Shown: positions 20,707-31,530 of the stretch, one piece after another
Numbering within the stretch: the first letter of the stretch is position 1
How the letters are laid out: the number at the start of each line of letters is the position of its first letter
Assembly (NCBI GenBank): GCA_040222015.1
Contig: JAVJWO010000193.1
Span: 81,645-145,644 of the forward strand
Reading direction: 5' to 3'
Length of the DNA: 64,000 nt
DNA from: Coleofasciculus chthonoplastes F2-STO-03
GTDB taxonomy: Bacteria; Cyanobacteriota; Cyanobacteriia; Cyanobacteriales; Coleofasciculaceae
Notes under the pieces: generated by a model
What the model was told of the DNA's origin: nothing
The model's database searches: none
What the model saw: only the letters and a program-made list of their open reading frames with translations
Program-made: the position numbers and the translations under genes

Positions 20707-21664
20707 TATGACCGGTGCTAGTGGTTGCATCGGTCAGTATGTCGCCGAAACCTTAATTCAACAAACAGATCACGAGTTGTATTTGTTGGTCAGAAATCCC
20801 GATAAATTAGGATTTGACTACCATGCTCGTCCGGGGATTACGATTTGTCAAGCGGATTTACGGCAGATTGATCACTTTAGCGATTTGCTCAAAACGGTAG
20901 ATGTAGCAATTTTGGCTGCAACAGCTTGGGGAGGAGTCCAGGAAGTTTTTGATATTAATGTGGTCAAAACCCTGCGATTGCTGGACTTGCTGGATACTCA
21001 ACGTTGTGAACAAGTCATTTACTTTTCCACCGCTAGCATTCTCAATCAACAAAACCAGTTACTCAAGCAAGCCGGTCAACTGGGAACCGATTATATCCGT
21101 TCTAAATACGACTGTTTACAGCAACTCTCAAAACTCGCGATCGCGCCTAAAATTACTACAGTGTTTCCCACGTTGGTATTGGGGGGAGATGAGCGTAAAC
21201 CGTATTCCCATATTTCATCAGGGATTAAGGATGTAGTCAAATGGATGGACTTGATTCGTTGGTTCAAAGCCGATGGCAGTTTCCACTTTATGCACGCCCA
21301 GGATATAGCTCAAGTAGTATGGTATCTGGTTGAGCATCCTCCTAGTCAGGAGTTGACCACTAAAACGGGTGAAATATTATCGACAAATCGTTTAGTCTTA
21401 GGCAATCCGCGCCTCACCGTTAACCAAGCGGTAGAAGAAGTCTGTACTTATTTAGGTAAAAAAATTTATCTTCGAGTCCCCTTATCAATGGGACTAGCCA
21501 ATCTATTAATTATCGTATTCCGGATTCAGATGGCGGCGTGGGATCGATTTTGCCTCAACTATCGCCATTTTACCTATCAAAACCCAGTAAATCCCGATAC
21601 ATTCGGTTTACCCACGTACTGTCCCACCCTGAGTGATGTTTTGAAAATTAGTGGTCTTCCGTAG
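20687..21664 (+). CDS. NAD-dependent epimerase/dehydratase family protein
   Basis: TGASGCIG Rossmann motif, YIRSK (YxxxK). Confidence 0.9.
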   Translation: MAPKRIFMTGASGCIGQYVAETLIQQTDHELYLLVRNPDKLGFDYHARPGITICQADLRQIDHFSDLLKTVDVAILAATAWGGVQEVFDINVVKTLRLLDLLDTQRCEQVIYFSTASILNQQNQLLKQAGQLGTDYIRSKYDCLQQLSKLAIAPKITTVFPTLVLGGDERKPYSHISSGIKDVVKWMDLIRWFKADGSFHFMHAQDIAQVVWYLVEHPPSQELTTKTGEILSTNRLVLGNPRLTVNQAVEEVCTYLGKKIYLRVPLSMGLANLLIIVFRIQMAAWDRFCLNYRHFTYQNPVNPDTFGLPTYCPTLSDVLKISGLP

Positions 21665-21713
21665 GGGCGCACCGACGTGCGCCCTTTACCAACGTGCGCC
21701 CTGCACTGACATG

Positions 21714-22030
21714 TATCTGTATCAATTTAAGCCACAACCCCCTCACCCCCAGCCCCTCTCCCACCAGGGGAGAGGGGAGCAAGAAGCAAGCGGTATTCCA
21801 GAGTTACTTTGGAAGCGTCTTTATGTGATGGTTCCCCTTCTCCCGTGCAACAAAAGCGAAGCATCCGCTGTCCTCCCCCATGCAACAAAAGCGAAGCATC
21901 CTCTGTCCTCCCCCCTCTTGTAGGGGGGAACGAGGGGGGTAGGGGGGAACGAGGGGGTCCGGAGAAGGGGTTAGGGGATGAGGGTAAAATGCTTGCCAGT
22001 CGTGCTTTTCGCCTTAAGTTGACACCAATG
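21714..22030 (+). mobile_element. MITE family B (18-bp TIR ~CATYSGTGTCAACTTAAG) carrying 35-bp tandem repeats
   Basis: Ends TATCTGTATCAATTTAAG / CTTAAGTTGACACCAATG; flanks ACTGACATG / ACTGACGTG. Confidence 0.75.
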
Positions 22031-22708
22031 ACTGACGTGCACCCTTTACCAACGTGCGCCCTGCACTGACATCCGCCCTTTACCGACATGCATCTGCATC
22101 AACTTAAGCTCAAAAAAAGCGATACCTTGATCTAACCCCTCCCTAACCCTCCCCTTGCCAAGGGGAGGGAACTTCAAGGACTTTGGTTTCTCCCGACACC
22201 CGACAAACCAATTCAAAATGTAAATTGTTACCTACTGCCTATTCATTGTTCTATACAATGGAATAGAAAGAGATGGAATTAGCGGTATGACCCGATGCTA
22301 TCCATCCAGTTTTCGCAGACGATACCCCAGTCAACAAACGGTTTTCTGGACAAATATAAATAATCCTTCAGGAATCCGTCCGATGGGTGATGTAGATTAA
22401 TACAGCCTTTGACTAAGGTTACTCATTCCCCAAGAGGGTATCGCGTATACTATCTGCTAGAGGAGAAGCCCAGTTATCTAACCTGAGACAGAGTTTAAGC
22501 CCAAAATGCTGAACATTCTGTAAAAACGGAAACTGTGGCGATGCGTTAGCAGTAAATCTCAGTAAGGGTTTCCTGGAAAAACAGGTAACCCTTATCGCTG
22601 AGAAAAACGAAAACGCTGTTATCCGGTCATCAAGGGTGGGAATTCTAATCATAAGTGATGACACACTTCGATCAAGTGTCGTTATCGGTCGTAATCTAAG
22701 AGATCACT

Positions 22709-23959
22709 ATGCCAGCCACTCCTTTTGCCGACACGGAATTCGACCAAGACCAGCCTACCTACAGCCTGGATTTGCATGATACCCACAGCGATATAGACAA
22801 TTCTGTGGATGATTTCGTTGATCCAGATATTGAAGAGGATATCGACACGACTAGCTTTGCTAAAAGTGCCAACCGCCGTACCACAGATTTGGTGCGGCTA
22901 TATCTTCAGGAAATCGGTCGGGTTCGTTTATTGAGACGAGATGAAGAAGTCTCAGAAGCTCAAAAAGTTCAGCGCTATATGCGATTATTGGACTTGCGAG
23001 CACAGTTCGCCACACCAGAGGAGCAAGTTATTGAGCATTTCGTTCATTTAATCGAAACCCATGACCGTTTAGCCTCTCAGTTAGGTCACCGCCCCTCCTT
23101 AGAACGCTGGGCGACAACCGCTGGGGTGGAGGTGGCTACCCTGAAGCCAAGTCTGATCGAAGGAAAACGGCGCTGGGCGGAGTTAGCCGAACTGACGGTT
23201 AAGGAACTGGAACAGGTTCAAGCCCAAGGGTTGCAGGCGAAGGAACACATGATTAAAGCCAACCTGCGCCTGGTGGTGTCGGTGGCGAAAAAGTATCAAA
23301 ATCGCGGGTTAGAACTGCTGGATTTGATTCAAGAAGGAACCTTGGGATTAGAACGGGCAGTTGAGAAATTTGATCCGACGAAAGGGTATCGGTTTAGTAC
23401 CTATGCCTATTGGTGGATTCGCCAGGGAATTACTCGCGCGATCGCGACTCAAAGCCGGACGATTCGCTTACCGGTTCACATTACCGAAAAGCTGAATAAG
23501 ATTAAGAAAGCCCAACGGAAGATTTCTCAGGAACAAGGGCGCACCGCCACCATTGAGGATATCGCCAAAGAGTTGGAAATGGATGCGCCCCAGGTGCGGG
23601 AAGTGCTGATGCGAGTTCCGCGATCGGTTTCCTTGGAGATTAAAGTCGGCAAGGAGAAGGATACGGAATTGGGGGATTTACTGGAAACTGAGGAAACCTC
23701 CCCAGAAGACGTATTGATGCGTGAAGCCTTACAACGGGATTTACACCAACTCCTAGCTGATTTAACCAGTCGCGAACGGGATGTGATTTGTATGCGGTTT
23801 GGTTTAGGGGATGGACATCCTTACTCCTTAGCTGAGATTGGGCGGGCGCTGGAACTGTCTCGCGAACGGGTGCGGCAAATTGAAGCGAAGGCGTTGCAGA
23901 AGTTACGCCAACCCAAGCGGCGGAATCGGGTGCGGGATTATCTGGAAGCGTTGAGTTAG
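22709..23959 (+). CDS. sigC: group 2 RNA polymerase sigma factor SigC
   Basis: RRTTDLVRLYLQEIGRVRLL..DEEVSEAQKVQRY region 1.2; ANLRLVVSVAKKY; region 4. Confidence 0.88.
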   Translation: MPATPFADTEFDQDQPTYSLDLHDTHSDIDNSVDDFVDPDIEEDIDTTSFAKSANRRTTDLVRLYLQEIGRVRLLRRDEEVSEAQKVQRYMRLLDLRAQFATPEEQVIEHFVHLIETHDRLASQLGHRPSLERWATTAGVEVATLKPSLIEGKRRWAELAELTVKELEQVQAQGLQAKEHMIKANLRLVVSVAKKYQNRGLELLDLIQEGTLGLERAVEKFDPTKGYRFSTYAYWWIRQGITRAIATQSRTIRLPVHITEKLNKIKKAQRKISQEQGRTATIEDIAKELEMDAPQVREVLMRVPRSVSLEIKVGKEKDTELGDLLETEETSPEDVLMREALQRDLHQLLADLTSRERDVICMRFGLGDGHPYSLAEIGRALELSRERVRQIEAKALQKLRQPKRRNRVRDYLEALS

Positions 23960-24158
23960 GGGAGTTCCCCACACATTGTAGAGACGCGCCATGGCGCGTC
24001 TCTACAAGTACGACAGTACACAAATAAATGGTTTCCGGTTTTTCCTCTGCTAGAGCGTTGGTCAAGTATTATGAGAAACCGGGTTTCTCGTGAGGATGAC
24101 AACGAAATATCAAGCTTTCACCCAAAGAAACCCGGTTTCTTGACCGATTTATCCTTCC

Positions 24159-24261
24159 TAAGCTGTCATGCATTTAAATTGGGAATAGGTAGCGAGCAAG
24201 ATGCTCGCACTACAAGGATTTAGCCATTATTGACATTAAGGTTTAAATGCCGAAGAGCTTA
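24159..24261 (+). mobile_element. MITE family A, copy 2
   Basis: 103 bp, same TIRs, internal GTAGCGAGCAAGATGCTCGCACTAC hairpin. Confidence 0.8.
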
Positions 24262-24320
24262 CTCTTTGGAACTGCTATACTAATAGAGTTCAATAAAATA
24301 CTCTTGTTTTCTCGGTCGAG

Positions 24321-24402
24321 TTGACGTGCGATCGCGGCGGTTTCATCGGTACAATTATCGGCATATAACTACCAGTTGTTTCAGGTCGGTGAATCGGGGT
24401 AA
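24321..24402 (-). pseudogene. duplicated internal fragment of the GT2 gene at 26753-27976
   Basis: 39 bp identical to 27674-27712 (contains HIP1), followed by decaying similarity. Confidence 0.8.
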
Positions 24403-24530
24403 TATCGGGGTAATATAGTGTTCAGGTTTGGGCAGCTACCAAATAACCCTTTTTTGACTAACCTGTCCCTCCTGGGATATCACAGCTACCCAACTGAACC
24501 CAAGCCTCAAAATTATAAGAAGTCTTTAAA

Positions 24531-25832
24531 ATGGTAGATAAAAAACTTAAAGTTTTACTGATTATAGAACAATGCAATCCCGACTGGCCCTCTGTACCTT
24601 TAGTCGGATATAGATTCTTTCAAGGGATTAACCAGCTTGCCGATGTAACTTTGGTGACCCATGAAAGGAATAAAAAAGCTTTCGATAAACTACCACAGCA
24701 TAATAATGTTGTTTTTATACTCGAAAGTGATTATTTGAAAAAATACTATAACCTTGTAGCTAGTCTTACAAAAAAAGGAAAAGTAAATTGGTCTTTAATT
24801 CATACGCTAACTTATCCTATTTATGCAGAATTTAACGATAAATTATACAAGCAATTTCAAGCCAAAATAATCAACGGTGATTATGACATTGTACATGCGA
24901 TTACTCCAATGATGCCCAGATACCCATACAAAGTCGTTAAAGCATGTAAGCATACTCCTTTCCTCCTAGGACCCGTCAATGGAGGTGTACCGTTTCCGCC
25001 AGGATTTAGCGAAAAAGCCAGGGAGGAGTATGCTTACCTCAACTTTTTGAGGGCTATTGGTCGAGCTTTAATACCGGGATACAAAGAAACTTATCAAAAA
25101 GCAGACCGCATATTGGCAGGATCAACTTATACTTTAAATCTAGTCAAGGATTTATTTAAAATTCCAGATAACAAAATTAGTTTATTTTATGAAAATGGAA
25201 TCGATAAAAGTTTTCTGGTCGAGGACGAAAGTAAGTATCCTAAAAACAGAGACAAAATAAATTTACTATTCGTTGGCAGATTAGTTCCTTACAAATGTGC
25301 CGATATTGTTATCGAATCTATTAGTAAACTAGGGCAAACTATTCAAGATAAAATAGTTTTGACGATAGTCGGTGATGGCTCAGAGAAAACAAAGCTAGAA
25401 AACCTAGTGCAGAAACTCGGTTTAAGTGAAAAGGTAAAGTTCACAGGTCGGATTCCGCAACAGGAAACAGTGAAGTATTACAGACAAGCGGATATTTTTT
25501 GTTTCCCATCGATTCGGGAATTTGGTGGCGCAGTGGTGTTGGAAGCCATGGCTAGTGGGCTTCCCTGTATTGTGGCAAATAATGGTGGTATTGGGGAATA
25601 TGTTACGGAGGAAACGGGGTTTAAAATTGAACCGCTATCCAGAGAGTATTTGACACAGGAGTTGACAGATAAGATTAAAATCTTAGTTGAAGATGAGCAA
25701 TTGCGGGAAGGTATGTCAACCAAGGCTGTTGAAAGAGCGAGAGAATTTACTTGGGAAAACAAAGCCCAAAAAATAGTTGATATTTATCAGGAAATGATTA
25801 AAAAAAATGAATTTATCAAAATCTCAATTTGA
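24531..25832 (+). CDS. GT4 glycosyltransferase
   Basis: FVGRLVPYK, REFGGAVVLEAM. Confidence 0.9.
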   Translation: MVDKKLKVLLIIEQCNPDWPSVPLVGYRFFQGINQLADVTLVTHERNKKAFDKLPQHNNVVFILESDYLKKYYNLVASLTKKGKVNWSLIHTLTYPIYAEFNDKLYKQFQAKIINGDYDIVHAITPMMPRYPYKVVKACKHTPFLLGPVNGGVPFPPGFSEKAREEYAYLNFLRAIGRALIPGYKETYQKADRILAGSTYTLNLVKDLFKIPDNKISLFYENGIDKSFLVEDESKYPKNRDKINLLFVGRLVPYKCADIVIESISKLGQTIQDKIVLTIVGDGSEKTKLENLVQKLGLSEKVKFTGRIPQQETVKYYRQADIFCFPSIREFGGAVVLEAMASGLPCIVANNGGIGEYVTEETGFKIEPLSREYLTQELTDKIKILVEDEQLREGMSTKAVERAREFTWENKAQKIVDIYQEMIKKNEFIKISI

Positions 25833-26568
25833 ACAAGCTTACGATCAAGTTATTTTAAAGAATGACTTTTTTGAAAGAGACTCATACTATGTTCAATACA
25901 AGCCCAGATATTGGAATACTTTAAAACATATTTGTCAACATCCTCTACCTGAGTCTGCTCGTATTCTGGAAATTGGAGGAGGACAAATTGCTTTACTTTG
26001 CCAAAAGTTATTTAAGTATGAAGGAACTGTCGCTGATGTGAATGAAAAATATAAACAGGGCATTTTAGTCCAGAATTTATCATTTCGATGTTGCGATTTG
26101 TTACACGATGATCTGGAAGAACGGGATTATTACGATTTAGTGGTTATGTGTGAAGTTATTGAACATATGCCAATACCTCCTTATATTGTTCTAGAAAAAA
26201 TTAAATCGTGGATTAAACCAGGAGGTCTACTTTTCTTAACCACTCCTAATCTGTATCGATTTAGAAATTTAGTTAGACTTGCCCTAGGGTTACGTGTATT
26301 TGACACCTTCCGTATTCCCGAACGGGGATCGGGAATTGGTCATCCCTTAGAATATAGTCGAGAGCATTTGAAGTGGCATCTTGAAAAGGCGGGTTTTGAA
26401 TCTATCCATATCGATTTACGGCAACTTGACCATGCTGGTTCAACGTTATGGACACAGCTAGGAAGGATTATGGCTAGTCCTTTTTTACTGCGTCCGCTTT
26501 GGCGAGATAAGTTAGTTGTTGTTGCTCAGAAACCGGAGAACTCTATGCCAGTTGAGGGGCAAGTCTAA
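25807..26568 (+). CDS. class I SAM-dependent methyltransferase
   Basis: ILEIGGG, YDLVVMCEVIEH, IKPGGLLFLTTPN. Confidence 0.88.
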   Translation: MNLSKSQFEQAYDQVILKNDFFERDSYYVQYKPRYWNTLKHICQHPLPESARILEIGGGQIALLCQKLFKYEGTVADVNEKYKQGILVQNLSFRCCDLLHDDLEERDYYDLVVMCEVIEHMPIPPYIVLEKIKSWIKPGGLLFLTTPNLYRFRNLVRLALGLRVFDTFRIPERGSGIGHPLEYSREHLKWHLEKAGFESIHIDLRQLDHAGSTLWTQLGRIMASPFLLRPLWRDKLVVVAQKPENSMPVEGQV

Positions 26569-26752
26569 AGCAATTGTATTTGCTAATCATAAATGATTAC
26601 TTCTATCTGTAATCTACTGATGCTAGCTTGGAAAGGATTACGGGAAACTCCTCGGATCAAAGAGAGGGAGTTTATCGCGGTTCCCGTTTGGGTGCAACAC
26701 AGATGTGTGTGTAGGGTAGCGCTAAGTTGCGCCCTATCCATCTCACAACTCC

Positions 26753-27976
26753 TCAAGATTCGGGAATATCAACTGCATCTCGTTCTGTGCGAATCCACTT
26801 ATTCTCAGGCTTCACCAGAAAAGCAAAATACAGGGGAATTTTCCACAAAATATAAAAAGGTACAGTTAAAAGTGTCTGTACAGGTATATCCTTACGGCAA
26901 AACTTAGCCCATGCCCCAATAATTGATAGTAGAATTAATAGTCCTTCTAATCCTACAAAAATCGCTGGTATCCAGGATATTCCCAAAACCGCCGCTAGTA
27001 AAGTTCCCCCCATAGCCGCTACCCAAATCATGACAAGTAGGGAAAGTGGAGGTACAACTAAATCAAGAGCGATCGCGAATAAATCAACCCGTCGCTGAAA
27101 CACAGACTGGGTAAGGAGTCGCGGGACTTGGGTAAGTAAGGTTTGTAAGTGTCCATGTTCCCAGCGGGTGCGTTGAGTTTTGGTGGCTTCCTGCTGCTGG
27201 GGGAGACATCCGGTGACTCTAGCGTCTAAACAAAATACTGGAGAATGTCCAGCTATGGCTAAATCAATGCCAAGCTGCATATCCTCGACTATATTATTAC
27301 TCGCCAGGGGCGCTTGACGGATAACTGACCAAGGAAACGCCATTCCTGTACCCGTCAATAAGCAGGGGAATCCCAGTTGATTTAGTCCACAGGGACGGAC
27401 TAAGTTTTTCACCCGAAACGCTAGAGCGGAAATGGTATCCTTGGGTGTAGGGTTGGGGGGTTGTTCTAATAGGTAAATGGCTTGGGTAGGTCTTTGGGAC
27501 GTGTTGGCACGTTGAGCGAGTTTCGCGATCGCGCCTTCATGTACGATACAGTCAGCATCTACAAGTACCACGATATCGGGTGGGTTTGTGGCTAGGTATT
27601 TTATCCCATAGTCTAGGGCATATCCTTTACCTTGATGTTCTGTATCCTGGCGTTCGATTACCGTCGCGCCTAATTGACGTGCGATCGCGGCGGTTTCATC
27701 GGTACAATTATCAGCAATAACTACCAGTCTGTCTGGGTCGGTTAGCTGGGGTACTATGGTTTTTAGGGTACTGCTAATTCCAGAGGCTTCATTGTGGGCG
27801 GGAATTAACACGGTTATGCGGGGAGGGGAGGCTAAGGCGGCTTCTGGGTGTTGACGCGGTGGGAAAAGGGCGGCGAAACACTCGATAAACAGCATCCCGA
27901 TAGGGACAAGAAGGGAGAGTGCGATCGCGAATAGGATTATTTCCACGATAATAAGCCATGGCGGATTGGTAAACAT
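26753..27976 (-). CDS. GT2 glycosyltransferase with TM segments
   Basis: IPAHNEA, ADNCTD, DAD, VED, QRTRW motifs. Confidence 0.9.
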   Translation of the reverse strand: MFTNPPWLIIVEIILFAIALSLLVPIGMLFIECFAALFPPRQHPEAALASPPRITVLIPAHNEASGISSTLKTIVPQLTDPDRLVVIADNCTDETAAIARQLGATVIERQDTEHQGKGYALDYGIKYLATNPPDIVVLVDADCIVHEGAIAKLAQRANTSQRPTQAIYLLEQPPNPTPKDTISALAFRVKNLVRPCGLNQLGFPCLLTGTGMAFPWSVIRQAPLASNNIVEDMQLGIDLAIAGHSPVFCLDARVTGCLPQQQEATKTQRTRWEHGHLQTLLTQVPRLLTQSVFQRRVDLFAIALDLVVPPLSLLVMIWVAAMGGTLLAAVLGISWIPAIFVGLEGLLILLSIIGAWAKFCRKDIPVQTLLTVPFYILWKIPLYFAFLVKPENKWIRTERDAVDIPES

Positions 27977-28030
27977 GACCCTGAAACCTCGCTGTGTCTA
28001 GAACTCTGGGGAATAGGGATAGTGAGATCG

Positions 28031-28591
28031 CTAGGAAGTAGTTTGGGAAATCGGAGTGTCACAGTCAGAATTCTCTTGAGTTTCCGACTGAGAATGGGTA
28101 ATAATTCTCGCAGGGACTCCTACGGCTGTTGCGCCTGCGGGGACATCACAAAGCACGACGGCGTTAGCCCCTATTTTCGCATGGTTACCGACCTTAGCCT
28201 CGTAAAAGATTCTCGCACCCGCACCGATATCAACATGACCGCTGATTTTGATATCCTTACTTATTGTGACCTGTTGCATAATCAGGCAATTGGGTCCAAT
28301 CGAAGCCTTGGAATGAATGACAACCCCATTGGGATGAGGCAGTAGTAGTCCCCCTTCAATTTGGCAGTCTAGTGGGATATCAGCGCCCGTGACCACACTC
28401 CAGAAGCGATGCTGGAGGACGTTAACACGGCGCAATAATCCTCCAATAAGTCCTCCTTTTGCATACCACTTTTGATACTCACGGATAGATTTGAGGAGTT
28501 GGCGGCTTGGGTCCCACCAGCGGCGCAATTGTTCGCGACTCCAATCGGGTTCTGTTGCAGAAATGTTGGGGACAGTGACGGATTTAACCAT
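28031..28591 (-). CDS. CysE-like hexapeptide O-acetyltransferase
   Basis: HPNGVVIH, IGANAVVLCDVP. Confidence 0.85.
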   Translation of the reverse strand: MVKSVTVPNISATEPDWSREQLRRWWDPSRQLLKSIREYQKWYAKGGLIGGLLRRVNVLQHRFWSVVTGADIPLDCQIEGGLLLPHPNGVVIHSKASIGPNCLIMQQVTISKDIKISGHVDIGAGARIFYEAKVGNHAKIGANAVVLCDVPAGATAVGVPARIITHSQSETQENSDCDTPISQTTS

Positions 28592-29165
28592 TGTCCTGAG
28601 TGTTTCGGGATTTTACGATCTTAGCAGGTACGCCCACGGCTGTTGCGCCTGCTGGCACGTCACAAAGCACGACGGCGTTAGCGCCAATATTAGCATCATC
28701 ACCGATAGTTAGGTTACCAAAGATTTTCGCACCTGCACCAACGTTAACGCGATTCCCTAATTTTGGCGCATCGAATGGATGATCCACGTAGCGATTGCCT
28801 AGGGTAACGCCTTGACGGATAATACAATCATCACCAATGGTACAATCGCCGTGAATCACAATCCCATGTTGATGTTCGATGATCACACGACGACCCAGTT
28901 GAATGCTATAGGATAATTCTATGCCGTAGGTATTACGGATTTTACGATACAATGCTCGGTAGAGAATGCTAAACGGCGCTCGTAGTAGTTTGGGGTGAAT
29001 TTGCATACGCCAGACGCCAAAGCGCTGAATGGCAACAGCGCGGAATCCTGGTCGAGTCCAGTCGCGATCGTGGGCAATCCAGTCTTCTTTGATTTGTTGC
29101 CAGAGTCCGAGATTGTTAGGGACTGATTCCTCTATATTAGATTTTATCTCTGGTTGCGTGACCAT
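28584..29165 (-). CDS. CysE-like hexapeptide O-acetyltransferase
   Basis: HQHGIVIH, RQGVTLG, IGANAVVLCDVP; start at MVTQPE because the upstream extension is repeat DNA. Confidence 0.87.
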   Translation of the reverse strand: MVTQPEIKSNIEESVPNNLGLWQQIKEDWIAHDRDWTRPGFRAVAIQRFGVWRMQIHPKLLRAPFSILYRALYRKIRNTYGIELSYSIQLGRRVIIEHQHGIVIHGDCTIGDDCIIRQGVTLGNRYVDHPFDAPKLGNRVNVGAGAKIFGNLTIGDDANIGANAVVLCDVPAGATAVGVPAKIVKSRNTQDNG

Positions 29166-29179
29166 AGTTTTTTTTGTTA

Positions 29180-29385
29180 ACTGGGCGGTTGAAACCGCAG
29201 CTACACAAGCTAAACCCGCGCAGGCGGGTTTCCACACCTCTAGTTTTTCGGTATTAGTCCGCGTAGGCGGACTTTGTTTGTCTAGCCGCGATTTCCAATC
29301 GCCATGGCTGAAGCTCCCCTCTTGCTCCCCTCTCCCCAGGGTGGGAGAGGGGCTGGGGGTGAGGGGTTTAGCGTTGACACCAATG
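29180..29385. repeat. multi-hairpin intergenic repeat plus partial family-B MITE end
   Basis: AAACCCGCGCAGGCGGGTTT and AGTCCGCGTAGGCGGACT hairpins; GTTGACACCAATG end. Confidence 0.7.
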
Positions 29386-29414
29386 GATAATATAGTGTCT
29401 CTACTAGCGTGACA

Positions 29415-30407
29415 CTATGATACACCGCCCTTGAGAAACACGCTATTGCGGAGGAAATCTCCCAAAAGTTGGGGCGGATCAGTATCTGGTTTACGTTGAA
29501 TCACCCGACGCAAGCGCCATAGGGTAAACCCTGAAGCCCACAACATATCAGCACAGGAGGCGTACAGCCAACCGTAATTTTTGATAAAATACCGTCGCCG
29601 GGAATCAAACCAGTACTGGGGGCGGCGTTTAGGTGGGCGTTTGGTATCCGTGACACCGGAACTTTGTCCAACTAAGTGAACAACCCGACTCTCAGGCACA
29701 TACCAGCAACTCCAACCTGCTTTTTTTGTCTGTAGGCAAAAGTCCATTTCTTCATAGTACATGAAGTAGTCTTCGTCGAGTAAGCCCACTTGTTCAAAGA
29801 CTTCGCGACGAACAATCATGCTGGCACCAGCTACCCAGTCAGTTTGGCAGGCGGCTTCGGGAACCGGAGGGGCAACCACCCATTGTTCGAGGAGAGTCGA
29901 TACCACACCCAGACGCAAGCCATTGTCGAGTTCACTAAAGGCTGTATGGAAGCGAAAGGCTGAACGCTGGGGAGTAGCATCGGGATCTTCTAAGCGACTT
30001 CCAGCGATTCCTACGTCGGGATGTTCGTTCATGAAGTTGACTAAGGTTTTGATGGCATTGGGGCGTGCGATCGTGTCGGGGTTAAGGAGTAGGATGTAGG
30101 GAGGGGGATTGGTTGATTCCAGGGCTGGACGAATTCCCGCGTTGTTGCCGAAAGCGTAACCACCATTATGATCTAATGGCATAACGGATGCCCAGTCACT
30201 CCAACCTTCGGTTTCTATGGCGGTGGTGATTTGTTCGACTGAACCGTCGCCGGAAGCATTGTCGGTAACAACAACGCGAGTACCGGGTAAGGATTGGACT
30301 TCATCGACTACAGAGTGGAGGCAATCGATAGTCATGCTAGGGGTGCGGTAGTTGAGGATGACTACGAGTAGGGGGTACGAGTGATCAGGTTGAGTTGTAT
30401 TAGGCAT
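29415..30407 (-). CDS. GT2 glycosyltransferase (rhamnosyltransferase-like)
   Basis: DNASGDGS, LLLNPD, DWVAGA, YFMYYEEMDFC. Confidence 0.9.
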   Translation of the reverse strand: MPNTTQPDHSYPLLVVILNYRTPSMTIDCLHSVVDEVQSLPGTRVVVTDNASGDGSVEQITTAIETEGWSDWASVMPLDHNGGYAFGNNAGIRPALESTNPPPYILLLNPDTIARPNAIKTLVNFMNEHPDVGIAGSRLEDPDATPQRSAFRFHTAFSELDNGLRLGVVSTLLEQWVVAPPVPEAACQTDWVAGASMIVRREVFEQVGLLDEDYFMYYEEMDFCLQTKKAGWSCWYVPESRVVHLVGQSSGVTDTKRPPKRRPQYWFDSRRRYFIKNYGWLYASCADMLWASGFTLWRLRRVIQRKPDTDPPQLLGDFLRNSVFLKGGVS

Positions 30408-30540
30408 GGCAGAGTTGCTTTTTTGGGTGAAGCCAATGGTAATTTCACTCTAAATGCTTCTTTAATTTTAGAAAGAATATGGGGGGTTATCCTATAGCGT
30501 ATAACACAGAGTAGGTGTAGGGGAGTACTGACGCACTTCT

Positions 30541-30643
30541 TAACCTGTTCGGCATTTAAACCTTAATATCAATAATGGCGAAATCCTTGCAGTGCGAGCA
30601 TCTTGCTCGCTACTAATACCCAATTTAAATGCATGACAGCTTA
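30541..30643 (-). mobile_element. MITE family A, copy 3
   Basis: Reverse-complement copy, 103 bp. Confidence 0.8.
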
Positions 30644-30696
30644 TCCTCGTCCTGTATTTTTTCCTAAAAACAACTTATCTTAACAGGCATTTGTCA

Positions 30697-31530
30697 TTAC
30701 CAATTATACCGAGTACCCAAGATATAATATAGCTTTTCATTAAAGGGAGCAAAATATTTTTTTAGTAATTCTATTGTTGCTTCATCATCAGGAGTTTTTG
30801 AATATTTATATTTGCCTACATTATGCTTTTGATTATAAAAATCATAAATCTTATCCTGAGTAAAATTTTCGAGCTTGAGAAAATTACAGACGCGATTGAG
30901 TACGGATTCTAAATTTTCACGAAATTCCTCAACGTTTAAGATTAAAATGCTTTCTATATCAAAATAATTATAGTAATTTTCTAGCTGTTCAACATACTTC
31001 CCCCTATCAATATAATCATAAGGGTACTTTGCCGTATTATACTCAAGATATAGTTCCTGTTCAATCGCTTCAGCAAAACTTCTTTCATCTGCTATTGCTT
31101 TCAAATTCTCATGAATACTATTGACAAAGCTGTGATGCATTTGCCATGATGAATAGGCACGAGCAACAGGTTCTCTCAGTACAGCAATCATTTTGATATT
31201 TCCTAAATCTTGTTTTATCAGTTGAGGAATATGCTTAAAGTAGAGATAGCAAGGTGTTGCATCGCAGGTTAGTTTGTATTTTTTCTTAAACTTAGAAGGA
31301 AAACTTCCCAAATACCAGCCAAAACCTTTAGCATAATTTTCAGGTTTATCAAAGTAGTGAATTTCCTTCCATGTATTGTTCTCTAAAACTTGAGGATGTT
31401 GACTTAAATAACGATACAATGAAGTTGTGCCTGCCTTTTGCGCTCCAATGATTAAGAAGTCTGGTTTCGACTTAAAAACTGGATAAACCACCCTCTTGAT
31501 TAATTGCTTGCTCACGATAATAGATAGCAT
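30697..31530 (-). CDS. PAPS-dependent sulfotransferase
   Basis: 5'-PSB IIGAQKAGTTSL, KEIHYFD, 3'-PB LREPVARAYS. Confidence 0.92.
   Translation of the reverse strand: MLSIIVSKQLIKRVVYPVFKSKPDFLIIGAQKAGTTSLYRYLSQHPQVLENNTWKEIHYFDKPENYAKGFGWYLGSFPSKFKKKYKLTCDATPCYLYFKHIPQLIKQDLGNIKMIAVLREPVARAYSSWQMHHSFVNSIHENLKAIADERSFAEAIEQELYLEYNTAKYPYDYIDRGKYVEQLENYYNYFDIESILILNVEEFRENLESVLNRVCNFLKLENFTQDKIYDFYNQKHNVGKYKYSKTPDDEATIELLKKYFAPFNEKLYYILGTRYNW

Noticed and set aside
21651..22089. ORFs at 21651-22089, 49833-50322 and 63763-63971
   Set aside because: Translations of MITE/tandem-repeat DNA; the same peptide recurs at each copy
22200..22708. NtcA box upstream of sigC
   Set aside because: The GTA...TAC pairs seen have 6, 7 or 10 nt spacing, not GTA-N8-TAC
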